Positions 28,601 through 36,374 of a DNA stretch of 64,000 nt are shown here, piece after piece (the first letter of the stretch is position 1; every line of letters begins with the position of its first letter). Source of the stretch: a virus (taxonomy: Duplodnaviria; Caudoviricetes); IMG/VR virus record IMGVR_UViG_3300020576_005251, positions 32,001-96,000 of that record; one strand, written 5' to 3'. A program made the translations under genes and the position numbers. The notes beneath the pieces are model-generated. The model saw nothing but the letters and a program-made list of their open reading frames with translations, was not told the DNA's origin and did no database searches.

Positions 28601-29897
28601 CGGCGATGGGGGCGGCGCCACACTCGACACCCTCCCGGCAACCGACAAGGCGCCAGCGTTCCTCCTGACTGAAGATGCCGGGCACCTGATCGGAATGTTG
28701 ATCGGCAACGGATGGGTGGAGCCCTATCGTCTGCGTCTCGCCGGGATGAACAAGGGGATCCAGGCGCAGTTCCGCGCCGCCCTGCCCTCACTGTTCCCTG
28801 GGGTACCGATCAAGTTCGTAGTCTATGGGCACGACGCGAGCGGTGGATTCGGGGACTCAGAGGTCACGTGCGCCACCAGTGAACCCGGCACGCTGTTGTC
28901 TTCTCGGTTCCAGGGTATGTTCGGTCATGGTGCTGAGAACAAGCACCTCCCTACGTGGTTCCTGCGTACGACGTACGCATTCCGTCGGGGGCTCCTGGCT
29001 GGCCTCATCGACACAGACGGGTCTGTGTCAGTCAGCCACGGCAAGAAGAAGCCGCAGTGGATGGTGAACTATTCCAGCCGAAGTGGGCGCCTCGCGCGAG
29101 AGATCGTACTGCTGGCTCAATCGCTGGGTTTGCGCGCGAAAGTCACTCCGGCTAAGACGCCGCTGGGTGAGCCTCACTACGTCGTCAACTTCTCCACAGT
29201 CGAGCTCGGCCGCTTCGGACCGCTCCCCCTGGTTCACACTGAGAAGTCAGTGAAGTTCCGGGAGTTTCAAGCAGACCCTCCGGAAGCCAACGCTTCGTAC
29301 AACGCAACGAACCTCCTGCCGGTACCTGCTACGCTCGCGAAGCAGCTCAGCCGCCTCTTCAAGAGCGGTGGTTCGGATTATGCGAAGTGGTACCAGTCTA
29401 TCAAGAAGGGTTACGTGGCGCGCGCATTCGCGGAGGAGACTCTGACACTACATCCCACTCTGCGCGAGACGGATGACGGACTGATGCGGCGCTGGATCGA
29501 GCTCGTTGACAACAAGACGGTACGCTGGGACCAAGTCACGGAGTTTCGGGAGACCGGCATCGTCGAAGACGGCTACGATCTCACGGTCCCCGGCTATGAG
29601 ACGTTCATGAACGTCGAAGGCGTCATTCTCTCCAACACCCTCCAAGTCCACGCCCCCGTCACCCACGACGCCATCGCCGACGCGAAGAAGATGACCCTGT
29701 CCAACATGCTGCTCGCGGACAACACGCGGAACAAGATCCTCGCGTTCCCGCAGCACGAAGCGATCATCGGCTTCACCCATGGCTCGAAGCTAGCCCCCTC
29801 GAACAAGCCCGTGCGCCACTTCAAGTCGATGGAGGAGGCCATCGCGGCTTACAAACGCGGAGAGCTCGCTGCGAACGACCCGATCGAGGTATCCTAG
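22611..29897 (+). CDS. rpoB/rpoC: Multisubunit RNA polymerase: beta fused to the N-terminal half of beta', with two inteins and two inserted enzyme domains
   Basis: Beta motifs QLRRKPGVY, HFGALDPIRTPE, NRAIMASKMGTQA, LALGRNLRVAY, NSNDAVVIS, GDKLAGRHGNKGVV, GVISRIN, GIGKME; beta' motifs GLFDP, PVVPPVFRP, SGRGTAVP, NRAPTLHR, catalytic NLDYDGD. Confidence 0.93.
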   Translation: MSEPTPILTDASVIRQRMHEKSISAIASTFPLTLRNGTLEVQDLKVVTRQFSPIDQYNALMREGTLQEAVKGTLVLKDKEGKVVDTAKNFTLVHVPHLTERHTLIMGGNEYQVANQLRRKPGVYTARADNGELRAIFNLGRGSNFNLGFTPDKGTFHVQLGTSNIPLYPVLRAAGVSHETIAHHLGDAVAKANQTYHGKEEERATGKLYAKLEHPALFNANLPHAEKVEAIRKKWDVTTLDPHVTEATLGTAYSKVTPEALLTAARKVLDVHGGHKATDDTDALTYKTFHSLDDFLHERIKLTARAWVPKAKLALATKGTIHEALRPAPFSDGVRKFITTGSLAAVPTAINPLELIDHAVKVTSLGEGGIPSDRAIPLDARMIHNTHFGALDPIRTPECFPPDVEVCTQRGWARWDDVSDSDAFLTMAGDLRVFQLPERIVREPYEGLMCHMTGEHIDCVVTPNHRVYGRATELADDAFVQAWELQGATQWYFPTEDPNFDSVYESALSTSVQPYRGMVYCATVPGGLLYVRRNGCTPYWTGNSSHSGVDIRATIAAHRDEAGNLYTVATNVKTKREEFLRAGDLRKYVVAFPGEELKGTVDAFKNGRVERVPASTVTHQIAHTSHLYSPATTLLPLIHGMQGNRAIMASKMGTQALPLIEREAPFVQSKSHLPGEISFEAMYGHMIAPRAPVSGKVVKIEDGWIHIRPEGVKKATHADVRHIFVTGHSGSGKSTYAKSLSSETGLPVHRLDDAPGLLAARKLGDTPTAERLSREAVDRSLTLSVPHIIEGTSALLTPDRMAGHRVVLMDAPREHILNARLQREVAQAASRGVPEDVGRRQAHGAGLYDYYAPHVDAVRRLSNVEVRAPGYVPTAKEAAEFVAYVEKTAEDRPTVKVRSFGPFTFHVEIPKGAKPFGHPFPCDYGYLPGYVGPDGDSLDFWVGSDKDGAFVSVDTEEQNAKGVWVKRDTKYVVGVPSNEVHLVLTQIERKPKTRCVNRRDYASWDALTKSIAHFKDEDDQVEKTAATKDDGLVRVPYSQNFPFPSKTSLNHTLSVKPGDTVVAGQRMGDSNYTKDGVLALGRNLRVAYVPHYGLNSNDAVVISEACAKKLTSEHVYREVFSIPVGMEFSKERHQFYYGTKYSPAQYGVLDTHGVVKKGVRVNPKDLLVCGLVKTQVVGTDAILGRISKALARPYQEVALTWNHGTPGEVIDVVRTGSQIAVLVKTIEQMQVGDKLAGRHGNKGVVAKILPDHEMLKDEAGNTIDLLLTSAGVISRINPSQVLETALGKVVEKTGKPIVFDNNMPRNLEAWTAEQLKKHNIKDKEHLYDPVLKRHIKGPDGAGVFVGRQFIYKLFKSTDTNFSGHGVGPYDLNEQPLKTGGEESAKGIGKMEFDALIAHNARNFLREASAIKGQKNDEFWRAIQLGLPLPAAKSPFAFKKFVGMLEGAGLKVDQRGSKFQLLPLTDKDILARSTGEIKKPETLIAKNLKPEAGGLFDPRLTGGLGGTLYSHIDLHEPIPHPVFKEPVRRLLGLTEKGFDEKLQTHGGAWFHKELKALDTDQKLKDLHARLKTAKGADLNDTVKQIKYLDALNAHGYKPHDAYVVSKVPVVPPVFRPIIAQPNNPGELMIADANKLYMHVMDSNHTLKNTALESDIGKHRRQMFNAVAALYGTEDVENDELRGQSVKGFLSNIAGVGTPKGGFFQRKVIRKTQDVSGRGTAVPDPTLGMDNVGIPEQMLWQMYDKLIIARMVRQGHTALEAKEAVLKKTPSAKAAFMQEIGERPVMINRAPTLHRWSIVSAYAVPVQGKTIRVNPFIEKGLNLDYDGDNQDSTVILILAKPPFGGCHNRGSYLDFVTDSATVVLPGDLRLPLMEDHMAARFRTEVPALINQELVLCDLANFPHGEKVSQNGHISFYAVPENVSVLALDEATGRICVQHPTLWSHHAQRERVIITLGSERQIFSDDDPRAVYGLDSNLNYIRRRPSESVGVFVPVSYGAIGDGGGATLDTLPATDKAPAFLLTEDAGHLIGMLIGNGWVEPYRLRLAGMNKGIQAQFRAALPSLFPGVPIKFVVYGHDASGGFGDSEVTCATSEPGTLLSSRFQGMFGHGAENKHLPTWFLRTTYAFRRGLLAGLIDTDGSVSVSHGKKKPQWMVNYSSRSGRLAREIVLLAQSLGLRAKVTPAKTPLGEPHYVVNFSTVELGRFGPLPLVHTEKSVKFREFQADPPEANASYNATNLLPVPATLAKQLSRLFKSGGSDYAKWYQSIKKGYVARAFAEETLTLHPTLRETDDGLMRRWIELVDNKTVRWDQVTEFRETGIVEDGYDLTVPGYETFMNVEGVILSNTLQVHAPVTHDAIADAKKMTLSNMLLADNTRNKILAFPQHEAIIGFTHGSKLAPSNKPVRHFKSMEEAIAAYKRGELAANDPIEVS
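23805..24239 (+). mobile_element. Mini-intein (145 aa, no endonuclease) in RNAP beta
   Basis: Begins with C after TPE; block B VTPNHR; block F VYCATVP; ends WTGN followed by Ser. Confidence 0.88.
28089..29636 (+). mobile_element. LAGLIDADG intein (about 516 aa) inserted directly after the catalytic DYDGD
   Basis: LIGMLIGNG and LLAGLIDTDG motifs; block F GYDLTVPG; ends ILSN followed by Thr. Removing it restores DYDGD-TLQVHAP (compare DFDGD-QMAVHVP). Confidence 0.85.
28162..28235 (+). promoter_or_regulatory. Sigma70-like promoter plus RBS and in-frame ATG inside the intein
   Basis: TTGACT-N16-TACAGT with TGn extension (28162-28189); GGAGG six nt before the in-frame ATG at 28233. Confidence 0.5.
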
Positions 29898-29900
29898 AGC

Positions 29901-30455
29901 ATGTTCGAGCAAGAGCTCATCGACGAGATCAACCGACACCTCAAGGCAGCGGAGGATCTCCCCCCGGAGATGGCTCCGCAGCCCGAGATGGCCCCGCAGC
30001 CTGAGTTGCCTCCGCAGCCGCCCGCGCTGCCGCAGGCGATCATCGGGCTGCTCCAGATTCAATACGCCGTACTGCTGGCGTACATGACCTACGGGGACCA
30101 GCTCCAGTGCATCGAGCGCGATGGGCTCTACGAACACTTCAAGACGCACGCGAAAGACCTCAAGGCGTGGATCTACGAGCTCCATCGCACCCTCGCCTCG
30201 ATGGGCACAGAGTCCTATCCCCAGGGCGTGTCTGTGCCCACGGCCCCGCTGAAGGCCGCGCGCCCCGCCATCGAGGCCCTGCTGGGTCTGGAGACACAGG
30301 TCCTCGACGGCTGGGCCAACTGCGCCGCTGTCCTCTCGACCGAACCTCCGGCGACGCAGGGAGAGCTCGCGGCGCTCACGACCTTCTTCGAAGACGGCGG
30401 GCGTAACACCCTGGCGCATGTCCAGGATCTGCGCCGCTACCTTGGGGGTGCGTGA
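29901..30455 (+). CDS. Ferritin/Dps-like four-helix-bundle protein
   Basis: Helix spacing resembles bacterioferritin (LLQIQYAVLLAY...LYEHFKTHAKD...ELHRTLASMG...LLGLE); ferroxidase Glu residues mostly absent. Confidence 0.5.
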   Translation: MFEQELIDEINRHLKAAEDLPPEMAPQPEMAPQPELPPQPPALPQAIIGLLQIQYAVLLAYMTYGDQLQCIERDGLYEHFKTHAKDLKAWIYELHRTLASMGTESYPQGVSVPTAPLKAARPAIEALLGLETQVLDGWANCAAVLSTEPPATQGELAALTTFFEDGGRNTLAHVQDLRRYLGGA

Positions 30456-30733
30456 TGAATATGGAGGTCAAGCTCCAGCGCCCCATGCGCTCCGGGGGCG
30501 GTCGCTTCTCCAGCGTGGACCACGCCTTCCGCCAGGGCGCGAACGACACCCTGAAGAAGCTCGCGCTGCTCGAACACGCTCCGGATCCGGGGGCATTCCT
30601 CGCGCAGCTCTTTCGCACCTCAAACTTCGGCTACGGCAAGGATCTGGCGACCCCCAAGACCACCTACACGCCGGTCACGCCGCAAGCTGAGCCCCTGATC
30701 CGCTTCTCCCCCTCCACCATCCAGACACGGTGA
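30452..30733 (+). CDS. Hypothetical protein (K-x-A)
   Basis: 93 aa coupled ORF containing LKKLAL. Confidence 0.55.
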   Translation: MMNMEVKLQRPMRSGGGRFSSVDHAFRQGANDTLKKLALLEHAPDPGAFLAQLFRTSNFGYGKDLATPKTTYTPVTPQAEPLIRFSPSTIQTR

Positions 30734-30737
30734 TCCT

Positions 30738-31886
30738 GTGCCCTACGAGAGCCCCTACCAGAGCATGGTCGAAAACGAGGTGCTGTTCCAACAGCAGCCC
30801 TGGCTGAAGCGCATCCCGCACCAGATCCGACACGCAGTGACCCCCGTGAGTGATGCGCTCACCGGCACAGGCGCGGGCCTGATCGCGGGGACGGCGCTGG
30901 GCTCACCCAGGGCAGGAGCCGTCGTGGGCGGTGTGCTGGGCGGTCTCCATGGCGTGCTCGCACACAGCCCCACTCCTGCACAGGAGTGGGCGTACAACAA
31001 CCCCGAGCTCGTGCATGTGCTGAAGGCGCGGGCGGCGTACGACGCGGGGGGTGGGTTTGAGATGGGGAAAGCTGCGAGTTGGGAGAAGCTCGCAGTCAGT
31101 CCTGAGTGGGTCGGCGCGCGGCTGGAGTCGTTGAAGGACAGTACGGATCCTGACGTACGTGATCGCCTGTCAAAGCTCTACGATCTTACGGATGCTGCGG
31201 CCCGTCGCACGTGGTCGAAGGCAGATCAGGTTATGGAACAGAGCCCGCATGCCGATGCGACGCTCGGCCAGATCAAGCGGCTGGCTGCGCAGGGAGAGCC
31301 AGCGGCTGTTCAATACACACAAAGAGTCCAAGAAGCCAACAGGCTCCGTACGATCAACGCGGGGCCTATTGTCGGCGCGATCAATCGGATCGAGAGCAAC
31401 AGCCATCGCAAGTGGACTCAGCTAAAGATGGAGCAAGAGCTGCGGGAGTCGGAGCGTCGATTCGCGGAACAACTCGCGTCTGAATCTGCGGCGCGGTTGG
31501 CTGCGGCAACCAAGGCGCGGGATACCCACATCAAGACCCCCTTGGCCGTCGCGGTAGACAACGCTGAGGCGGCGCGCACCCACGCCTCCGAAGTTAGTCA
31601 GGCGTTCATTCGCATGGGCGAAAAGATGGATGCGCGTGCAGCTGAAACGCCGAAGGCTCCTGCGCCTGCCACGCACGCGCCTGCGCCTGCGCCTGTGCCT
31701 GCGCCTGCCACGCACGCGCCTGCCGCCGCCCCCACGTCCAACCTCCGTCGCAACCTCACCTTGGGTGCTGCGGTCGCTCTCCCGACCCTGGCCTATACGG
31801 CGTATCGGCACTTCGCCGACAAGCCTGACGCAGAGAAGGCTCGCGAAGCGGGCAAGACTGCTATGCTCCGCACCCTGGGGTTCTGA
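30738..31886 (+). CDS. Putative internal virion protein with Gly-zipper hydrophobic segments
   Basis: GAGLIAG...GAVVGGVLGG segment, GKAASWEKLA, PAPATHA repeats, C-terminal hydrophobic helix. Confidence 0.6.
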   Translation: MPYESPYQSMVENEVLFQQQPWLKRIPHQIRHAVTPVSDALTGTGAGLIAGTALGSPRAGAVVGGVLGGLHGVLAHSPTPAQEWAYNNPELVHVLKARAAYDAGGGFEMGKAASWEKLAVSPEWVGARLESLKDSTDPDVRDRLSKLYDLTDAAARRTWSKADQVMEQSPHADATLGQIKRLAAQGEPAAVQYTQRVQEANRLRTINAGPIVGAINRIESNSHRKWTQLKMEQELRESERRFAEQLASESAARLAAATKARDTHIKTPLAVAVDNAEAARTHASEVSQAFIRMGEKMDARAAETPKAPAPATHAPAPAPVPAPATHAPAAAPTSNLRRNLTLGAAVALPTLAYTAYRHFADKPDAEKAREAGKTAMLRTLGF

Positions 31887-31889
31887 ACC

Positions 31890-33689
31890 ATGGCCAAGAC
31901 GTTCGCGCAGCACCTGATCAACTCGACCCTCCCCGAGGGTTACAAGATGGACGGCCCGGTGACCAACCGTGGCCTCCACGATCACGTGGTCGACCTCGCG
32001 CGAAACGACCCGACCGCCTACGTCCGTACGGCCCTCGCGATCAAGCAGCGCGGCGATGAGCTCGCCACGCTCGAAGGCATCTCGGTGGGGCTCAAGGACA
32101 TCCGCCCCAACTACGTGGAGCGCGACGCGATCCTCAAGCCCGCGAAGGCGGCGTTCGAGAAGGCGAAGACTCCGGCTGAGCGCGAGAAGATCATCCTGGA
32201 GACGCAGGCAAAGATCATCGAGCACACCAAGCAACATCCTGGCTCGATGACACACATGGCGCTCTCCGGCGCGCGTGGCAACCCGGCGCAGCTGATGAAG
32301 ATCGTCTCGACCCCGCTCGCGTCCGTGCATCCTCGCGAGGGTCTGGTCAACCACTTCTTCGACAGGTCGTACGCCGAGGGGTTGACTCCCGCTCAGTACT
32401 GGCTCCACGGCCCTGAGGTGCGTGCGAACGAGGTGGCCGCGCGCATCTCGGTGTCAGAGCCGGGGGAGGTTGCGAAGGTCCTCGTCAACAACATGATCGC
32501 CAAGGTGATCACGCGGGCCGATTGCGGGACGCTCAACGGCATTCGCATGCGCACCGACGATCCGCACGTCATCGATCGCCACACCCAGGCGGACGCTGGC
32601 CTCGCTCGCAACACGCTCCTGACGCCGAGGGTCGTGCAGGATCTCCAGCGTCGCAAGGTCGACCACATCCTCGTGCGCTCGCCCATGACGTGTGGGGAGC
32701 CGCATGGGGTCTGCCAGATGTGTCAGGGCCTCAGCGAGAAGGGGCAGATCCACACCATCGGAACCCCGGTGGGGGTGCGCGCCGCACAAGCGATGGCGGA
32801 GCCGCTGACCCAGATGGCGCTCTCCTCGCGCCACGGCACCCTGACGGTCAAGGCGTCCACCCCAGACCTCGTCGGGCTGAAGGGCGTTCGGCAGCTCCTC
32901 GACATCCCGGAGGCATTCCTACACGAAGCCGTGCTCGCTCCCGTAGCAGGTGTCGTCACCAAGATCGAGCCTGCCCCTCAGGGCGGTCACTACGTGTGGG
33001 TCGGCCCCGAGAAGACCTACGTCAACCCGAAGCTCGCGATCCTGCACAAGGTAGGGGATGGTGTCGAGGCTGGCGACGCGCTCACCACGGGCGTCCCCCA
33101 CCCGGAGAAGGTGGTTCGGCACAAGGGCCTGGGCGCGGGGCGTGCGTACTTCGTGAACACGCTCCACCGCGTGTACAAGAAGGAGGGCGTCGACATCGAC
33201 AAGCGCCACCTGGAAGTGCTGGCGAAGTCGGACATCAACCACGTCAAGCTGCTCGACGTTGACCCCGAACACCCGCACCTGCTCAAGGGCGACGTGATCA
33301 ACTACAACGCGTTCCGCGACGCGTACGCAGACCACGTCGTCGACCTCGCACCCGAGAAGGCGGTGGGCCGACGCCTGGGGCGCGAAGTGCTCCATCACAC
33401 GGTCGGGACGTTGGTGACTCCATCTCTGGCGCGGGAGCTCAAGGCCGGAGGCGTTCACACCGTGCATGTGGCCGCGAACATGCCGAACGTCGAGTTCGTG
33501 ATGCGCCCGTTCACAATGAACCCGCTGCTCGACAGCGACTGGATGGCCCGCCTGTCGCACCGCTACCTGAAGGCGAGCATCGCCGACGCCGCCCACACAG
33601 GTGATGTCGCGGACATCCACACCACGCACCCCATCCCCGCCTATGCTTTCGGTGCCGAGTTCGGGCACGGGCCGGATGGGCGCTTCTGA
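31890..33689 (+). CDS. rpoC: RNA polymerase beta' C-terminal half
   Basis: SGARGN, EGLTPAQYW, bridge helix SEPGEVAKVL, DCGT, VRSPMTC...GVCQMC, trigger loop GVRAAQAMAEPLTQMALSSRH, DKRHLE. Confidence 0.92.
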   Translation: MAKTFAQHLINSTLPEGYKMDGPVTNRGLHDHVVDLARNDPTAYVRTALAIKQRGDELATLEGISVGLKDIRPNYVERDAILKPAKAAFEKAKTPAEREKIILETQAKIIEHTKQHPGSMTHMALSGARGNPAQLMKIVSTPLASVHPREGLVNHFFDRSYAEGLTPAQYWLHGPEVRANEVAARISVSEPGEVAKVLVNNMIAKVITRADCGTLNGIRMRTDDPHVIDRHTQADAGLARNTLLTPRVVQDLQRRKVDHILVRSPMTCGEPHGVCQMCQGLSEKGQIHTIGTPVGVRAAQAMAEPLTQMALSSRHGTLTVKASTPDLVGLKGVRQLLDIPEAFLHEAVLAPVAGVVTKIEPAPQGGHYVWVGPEKTYVNPKLAILHKVGDGVEAGDALTTGVPHPEKVVRHKGLGAGRAYFVNTLHRVYKKEGVDIDKRHLEVLAKSDINHVKLLDVDPEHPHLLKGDVINYNAFRDAYADHVVDLAPEKAVGRRLGREVLHHTVGTLVTPSLARELKAGGVHTVHVAANMPNVEFVMRPFTMNPLLDSDWMARLSHRYLKASIADAAHTGDVADIHTTHPIPAYAFGAEFGHGPDGRF

Positions 33690-34381
33690 TGAACGACCAA
33701 TACGCCGTATCGCGCAGCTACGAGATGGGCGTTGACGCCACCTGGACGCGTCTCGGGTTCACCAAGACAGCGGGGACTCTCGACACCGTGAAGCGGATCG
33801 CGTCGTGGCCCTTCCGCTTTCACCAGTTGAGCGGCACTCCGACAACCTTTGGTCAAAAGGTGTGGCACGGGGCGGCGCCCATTCTCGACATGACCCGCCA
33901 CATGGCCATCGGCTCCCCGGTCGACGAGTGGAACCGCTTCCAGCACTTGCGTCAGCAGAGTGGGTCGGGGCTAAAGGCATACGGCCAGATGGCGAAGGAC
34001 TATCTCTGGAGTCCGGGATACACAGGTGAAGGCGGCGCAGGGAAGTGGATCCGTCGCAGCATGAACGCCCTGGGTGTGGCAGGCACTGGCGCCGAAGCCT
34101 ACCGAGCTCTAACGGGCGATCCTTCGCAGCGCGCAGGGGATATCGCGGCGCTCGGCACCAGCCTCGTGGCGGGGCCTGTGACCGGGTCCCTGGGCATGTT
34201 CGCAGGGCCCATGGTGCACAGCGCCCTCACCTCTACTGCGCGTAGTGCTGGACACCTCCTCGATTCTCCCACACAACAGCCTCTCGAACTCCCGCCTTCG
34301 CGCGACGTTCCGGAGCACGTCAGCCGCGCCTTGCGCAGCTACAACACGATCAAGGACCAAACTGGCGCGGAACCGCGCTAG
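33689..34381 (+). CDS. Putative internal virion protein
   Basis: FTKTAG near the N-terminus; Gly/Ala-rich hydrophobic segments. Confidence 0.6.
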   Translation: MNDQYAVSRSYEMGVDATWTRLGFTKTAGTLDTVKRIASWPFRFHQLSGTPTTFGQKVWHGAAPILDMTRHMAIGSPVDEWNRFQHLRQQSGSGLKAYGQMAKDYLWSPGYTGEGGAGKWIRRSMNALGVAGTGAEAYRALTGDPSQRAGDIAALGTSLVAGPVTGSLGMFAGPMVHSALTSTARSAGHLLDSPTQQPLELPPSRDVPEHVSRALRSYNTIKDQTGAEPR

Positions 34382-34406
34382 ACTACCCATCACAGGAGAT
34401 CTCTCG

Positions 34407-36347
34407 ATGCACCTCTTCCAACGCACACTGCTCCAGGGCGCACACGACCGTCTCGTGGACGCAGGGCGCATGCTCCCCTTCGCCAACGACGAGCTCGCGA
34501 CGGAGGTGTTCGACAAGATCGCCTCCGACATGGGCCTGCCCGCGATCCTCACCGAGCGTCCCAACTCCAAGCAGGCGGCGGCGCTCGGGAACGCGCTGAT
34601 CGACTACAGCCAGAAGCTCGCCGCGAGCGGCTACGGTCCCGACCAGGAGCTCATGGGCCTCGCCAAGCAGGCGAGCGTCAAGGACCCGAGCGACCGCGCG
34701 CTGATCGTCGCCGAGTACTACATCCAGAAGGCGGCGGAGGAGGGCTCGATCCACGAGAGCGGCGGCATCGGCCTGCGCGCGGCGGGCGAGCACGACCCGA
34801 TGGCGCGGCTCGACCTGATGAACCGGGCGACCGGCGCGTACGCCGTATCGCAGGGCCAGTCGAACTTCGCCATGCCCGGGGTGCTCGGCCGCGAGCTGGC
34901 GGCGCCGGGGGCGCCGAGCACGGGGGCGAACGTGAGCTCGAAGATCGCCGAGAGCGACCTGACCATCGAGCAGATGCGTGCTCGTACGGAGCAGATGGCG
35001 AACGCGGCGCGTCAGCAGTCGAGCATGGCGCAGCCTGCGGCCGTCCGAGGGTCTGCGGTGGTCCCGTCGTCGATCCAAGGGTTCAAGACTGAGGCGCCCT
35101 CGGGCTCTGGCGGGCGTCTCCCCTCCGCGCAGTCGTGGACGAACGCGCTCGACGCCGCTCCGGTCCCCCAGCGTCTGAACGCGCTGGATGTGGCCGCGCA
35201 CGGTCTGCCCGTGGATCCGCACAATCCCACCGGGTGGCAGCAGCTGAAGCAGGAGTTCGGCTCCTCCAACCGTCAGCACCTGGAGCACTGGGGCGACCGC
35301 ACGGGCTGGGGCAAGGCGCGCAGCGCGGGGGTCCTCGGCGCGCGCGCCGCAGGGGTCGGCGGCGCCGTCGTGGCGGCTGGTCTCGGTGCCCGCGCCCTCT
35401 ACCGCCACTTCAACCCGGAAGAGAAGCAGGTCCAGGCGTCGGAGAAGGTCGCGCTCGACATGCCCGACTTCGGGAAGACCTGGGACTCCATCAAGGGCAT
35501 GACGCGCTACTACCGCGATCGTGCGGGTGAGGGCATGGGCGCCCGCGCCCAGCAGGTGGGCAACTTCTTCTCCGAGAATGCCCAGGGGCTGGGCGAGCGC
35601 CTGACGGACGCGCGGAACGCTCAGCAGTGGGTCGGGTCTTCGGCCGAAGCCCTCCAGGGGCTCGGTCACAGCGACGCGAGCATGCGCGCGCTCCGCAACC
35701 AGAACCTCATGGAAGCCCTCGGGCACGGCGCGCGTCTCGCGGCCCCCGCTGCGGGCCTCGCTGCCGCTGGCGGTCTCGCCTACGGCGGCAAGAAGCTCTA
35801 CGACCACCTCCAGGGCTCGCCCGAGGACATGGAGGTCAACGCGAGCGACGACAGCCTCGGCGCCCTCGCGCAGGCCCTCCAGGAGCACGGGATCGATCCG
35901 ACCCCCGAGCTCCTCGCGGAGCTGCACGAGGCGATGGAGGCGGAAGAGGGTGGCGGCGGCGAGATGCCGCCCGGCGCCCCGAGCGGCCAGGAGCCCCCGA
36001 AGCAGGCCGCTGAGGGCTCGCTCCACCCGACGCCCCCGGGCAACAAGCTCACGGGCGCCGCCGCGCACGACCCGATCGCGGCCCTCGACGTGAAGAACCG
36101 CGCCCCCGGGTCCTACAAGGTCCCCCAGGGAAAGACCGAGCTCTCGACCGCGAGCGGCACGATCGGCGACGAGAAGAAGGCGTCCGAGAACGCGTGGCGC
36201 GAGAACATCGTGAAGACCGCCCAGGAGTGGGGACCCTACCTCCCGGCCGCGTGGCCGGAGAACGTCAAGCACGCCGCGATCCAGAACATCGCCGCGCAGG
36301 CCCCCTCGGATCGCCAGCGCTTCGTGCAGTCCCTCCTCCGCCGCTGA
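34407..36347 (+). CDS. Putative internal virion polyprotein with many K-x-A sites and an internal repeat
   Basis: ATG at 34407 after AGGAG; DKIAS, AKQAS, QKAAE, SKIAE, EKVAL, PKQAA, EKKAS, VKTAQ. Confidence 0.65.
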   Translation: MHLFQRTLLQGAHDRLVDAGRMLPFANDELATEVFDKIASDMGLPAILTERPNSKQAAALGNALIDYSQKLAASGYGPDQELMGLAKQASVKDPSDRALIVAEYYIQKAAEEGSIHESGGIGLRAAGEHDPMARLDLMNRATGAYAVSQGQSNFAMPGVLGRELAAPGAPSTGANVSSKIAESDLTIEQMRARTEQMANAARQQSSMAQPAAVRGSAVVPSSIQGFKTEAPSGSGGRLPSAQSWTNALDAAPVPQRLNALDVAAHGLPVDPHNPTGWQQLKQEFGSSNRQHLEHWGDRTGWGKARSAGVLGARAAGVGGAVVAAGLGARALYRHFNPEEKQVQASEKVALDMPDFGKTWDSIKGMTRYYRDRAGEGMGARAQQVGNFFSENAQGLGERLTDARNAQQWVGSSAEALQGLGHSDASMRALRNQNLMEALGHGARLAAPAAGLAAAGGLAYGGKKLYDHLQGSPEDMEVNASDDSLGALAQALQEHGIDPTPELLAELHEAMEAEEGGGGEMPPGAPSGQEPPKQAAEGSLHPTPPGNKLTGAAAHDPIAALDVKNRAPGSYKVPQGKTELSTASGTIGDEKKASENAWRENIVKTAQEWGPYLPAAWPENVKHAAIQNIAAQAPSDRQRFVQSLLRR

Positions 36348-36374
36348 CGAAAGGCATCGTACACTAGCGGTACG

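Noticed and set aside
22611-33689. Host rpoBC operon, i.e. a bacterial chromosome
   Set aside because: Flanked by portal and head genes, with no ribosomal-protein genes and a non-cellular fusion and split.
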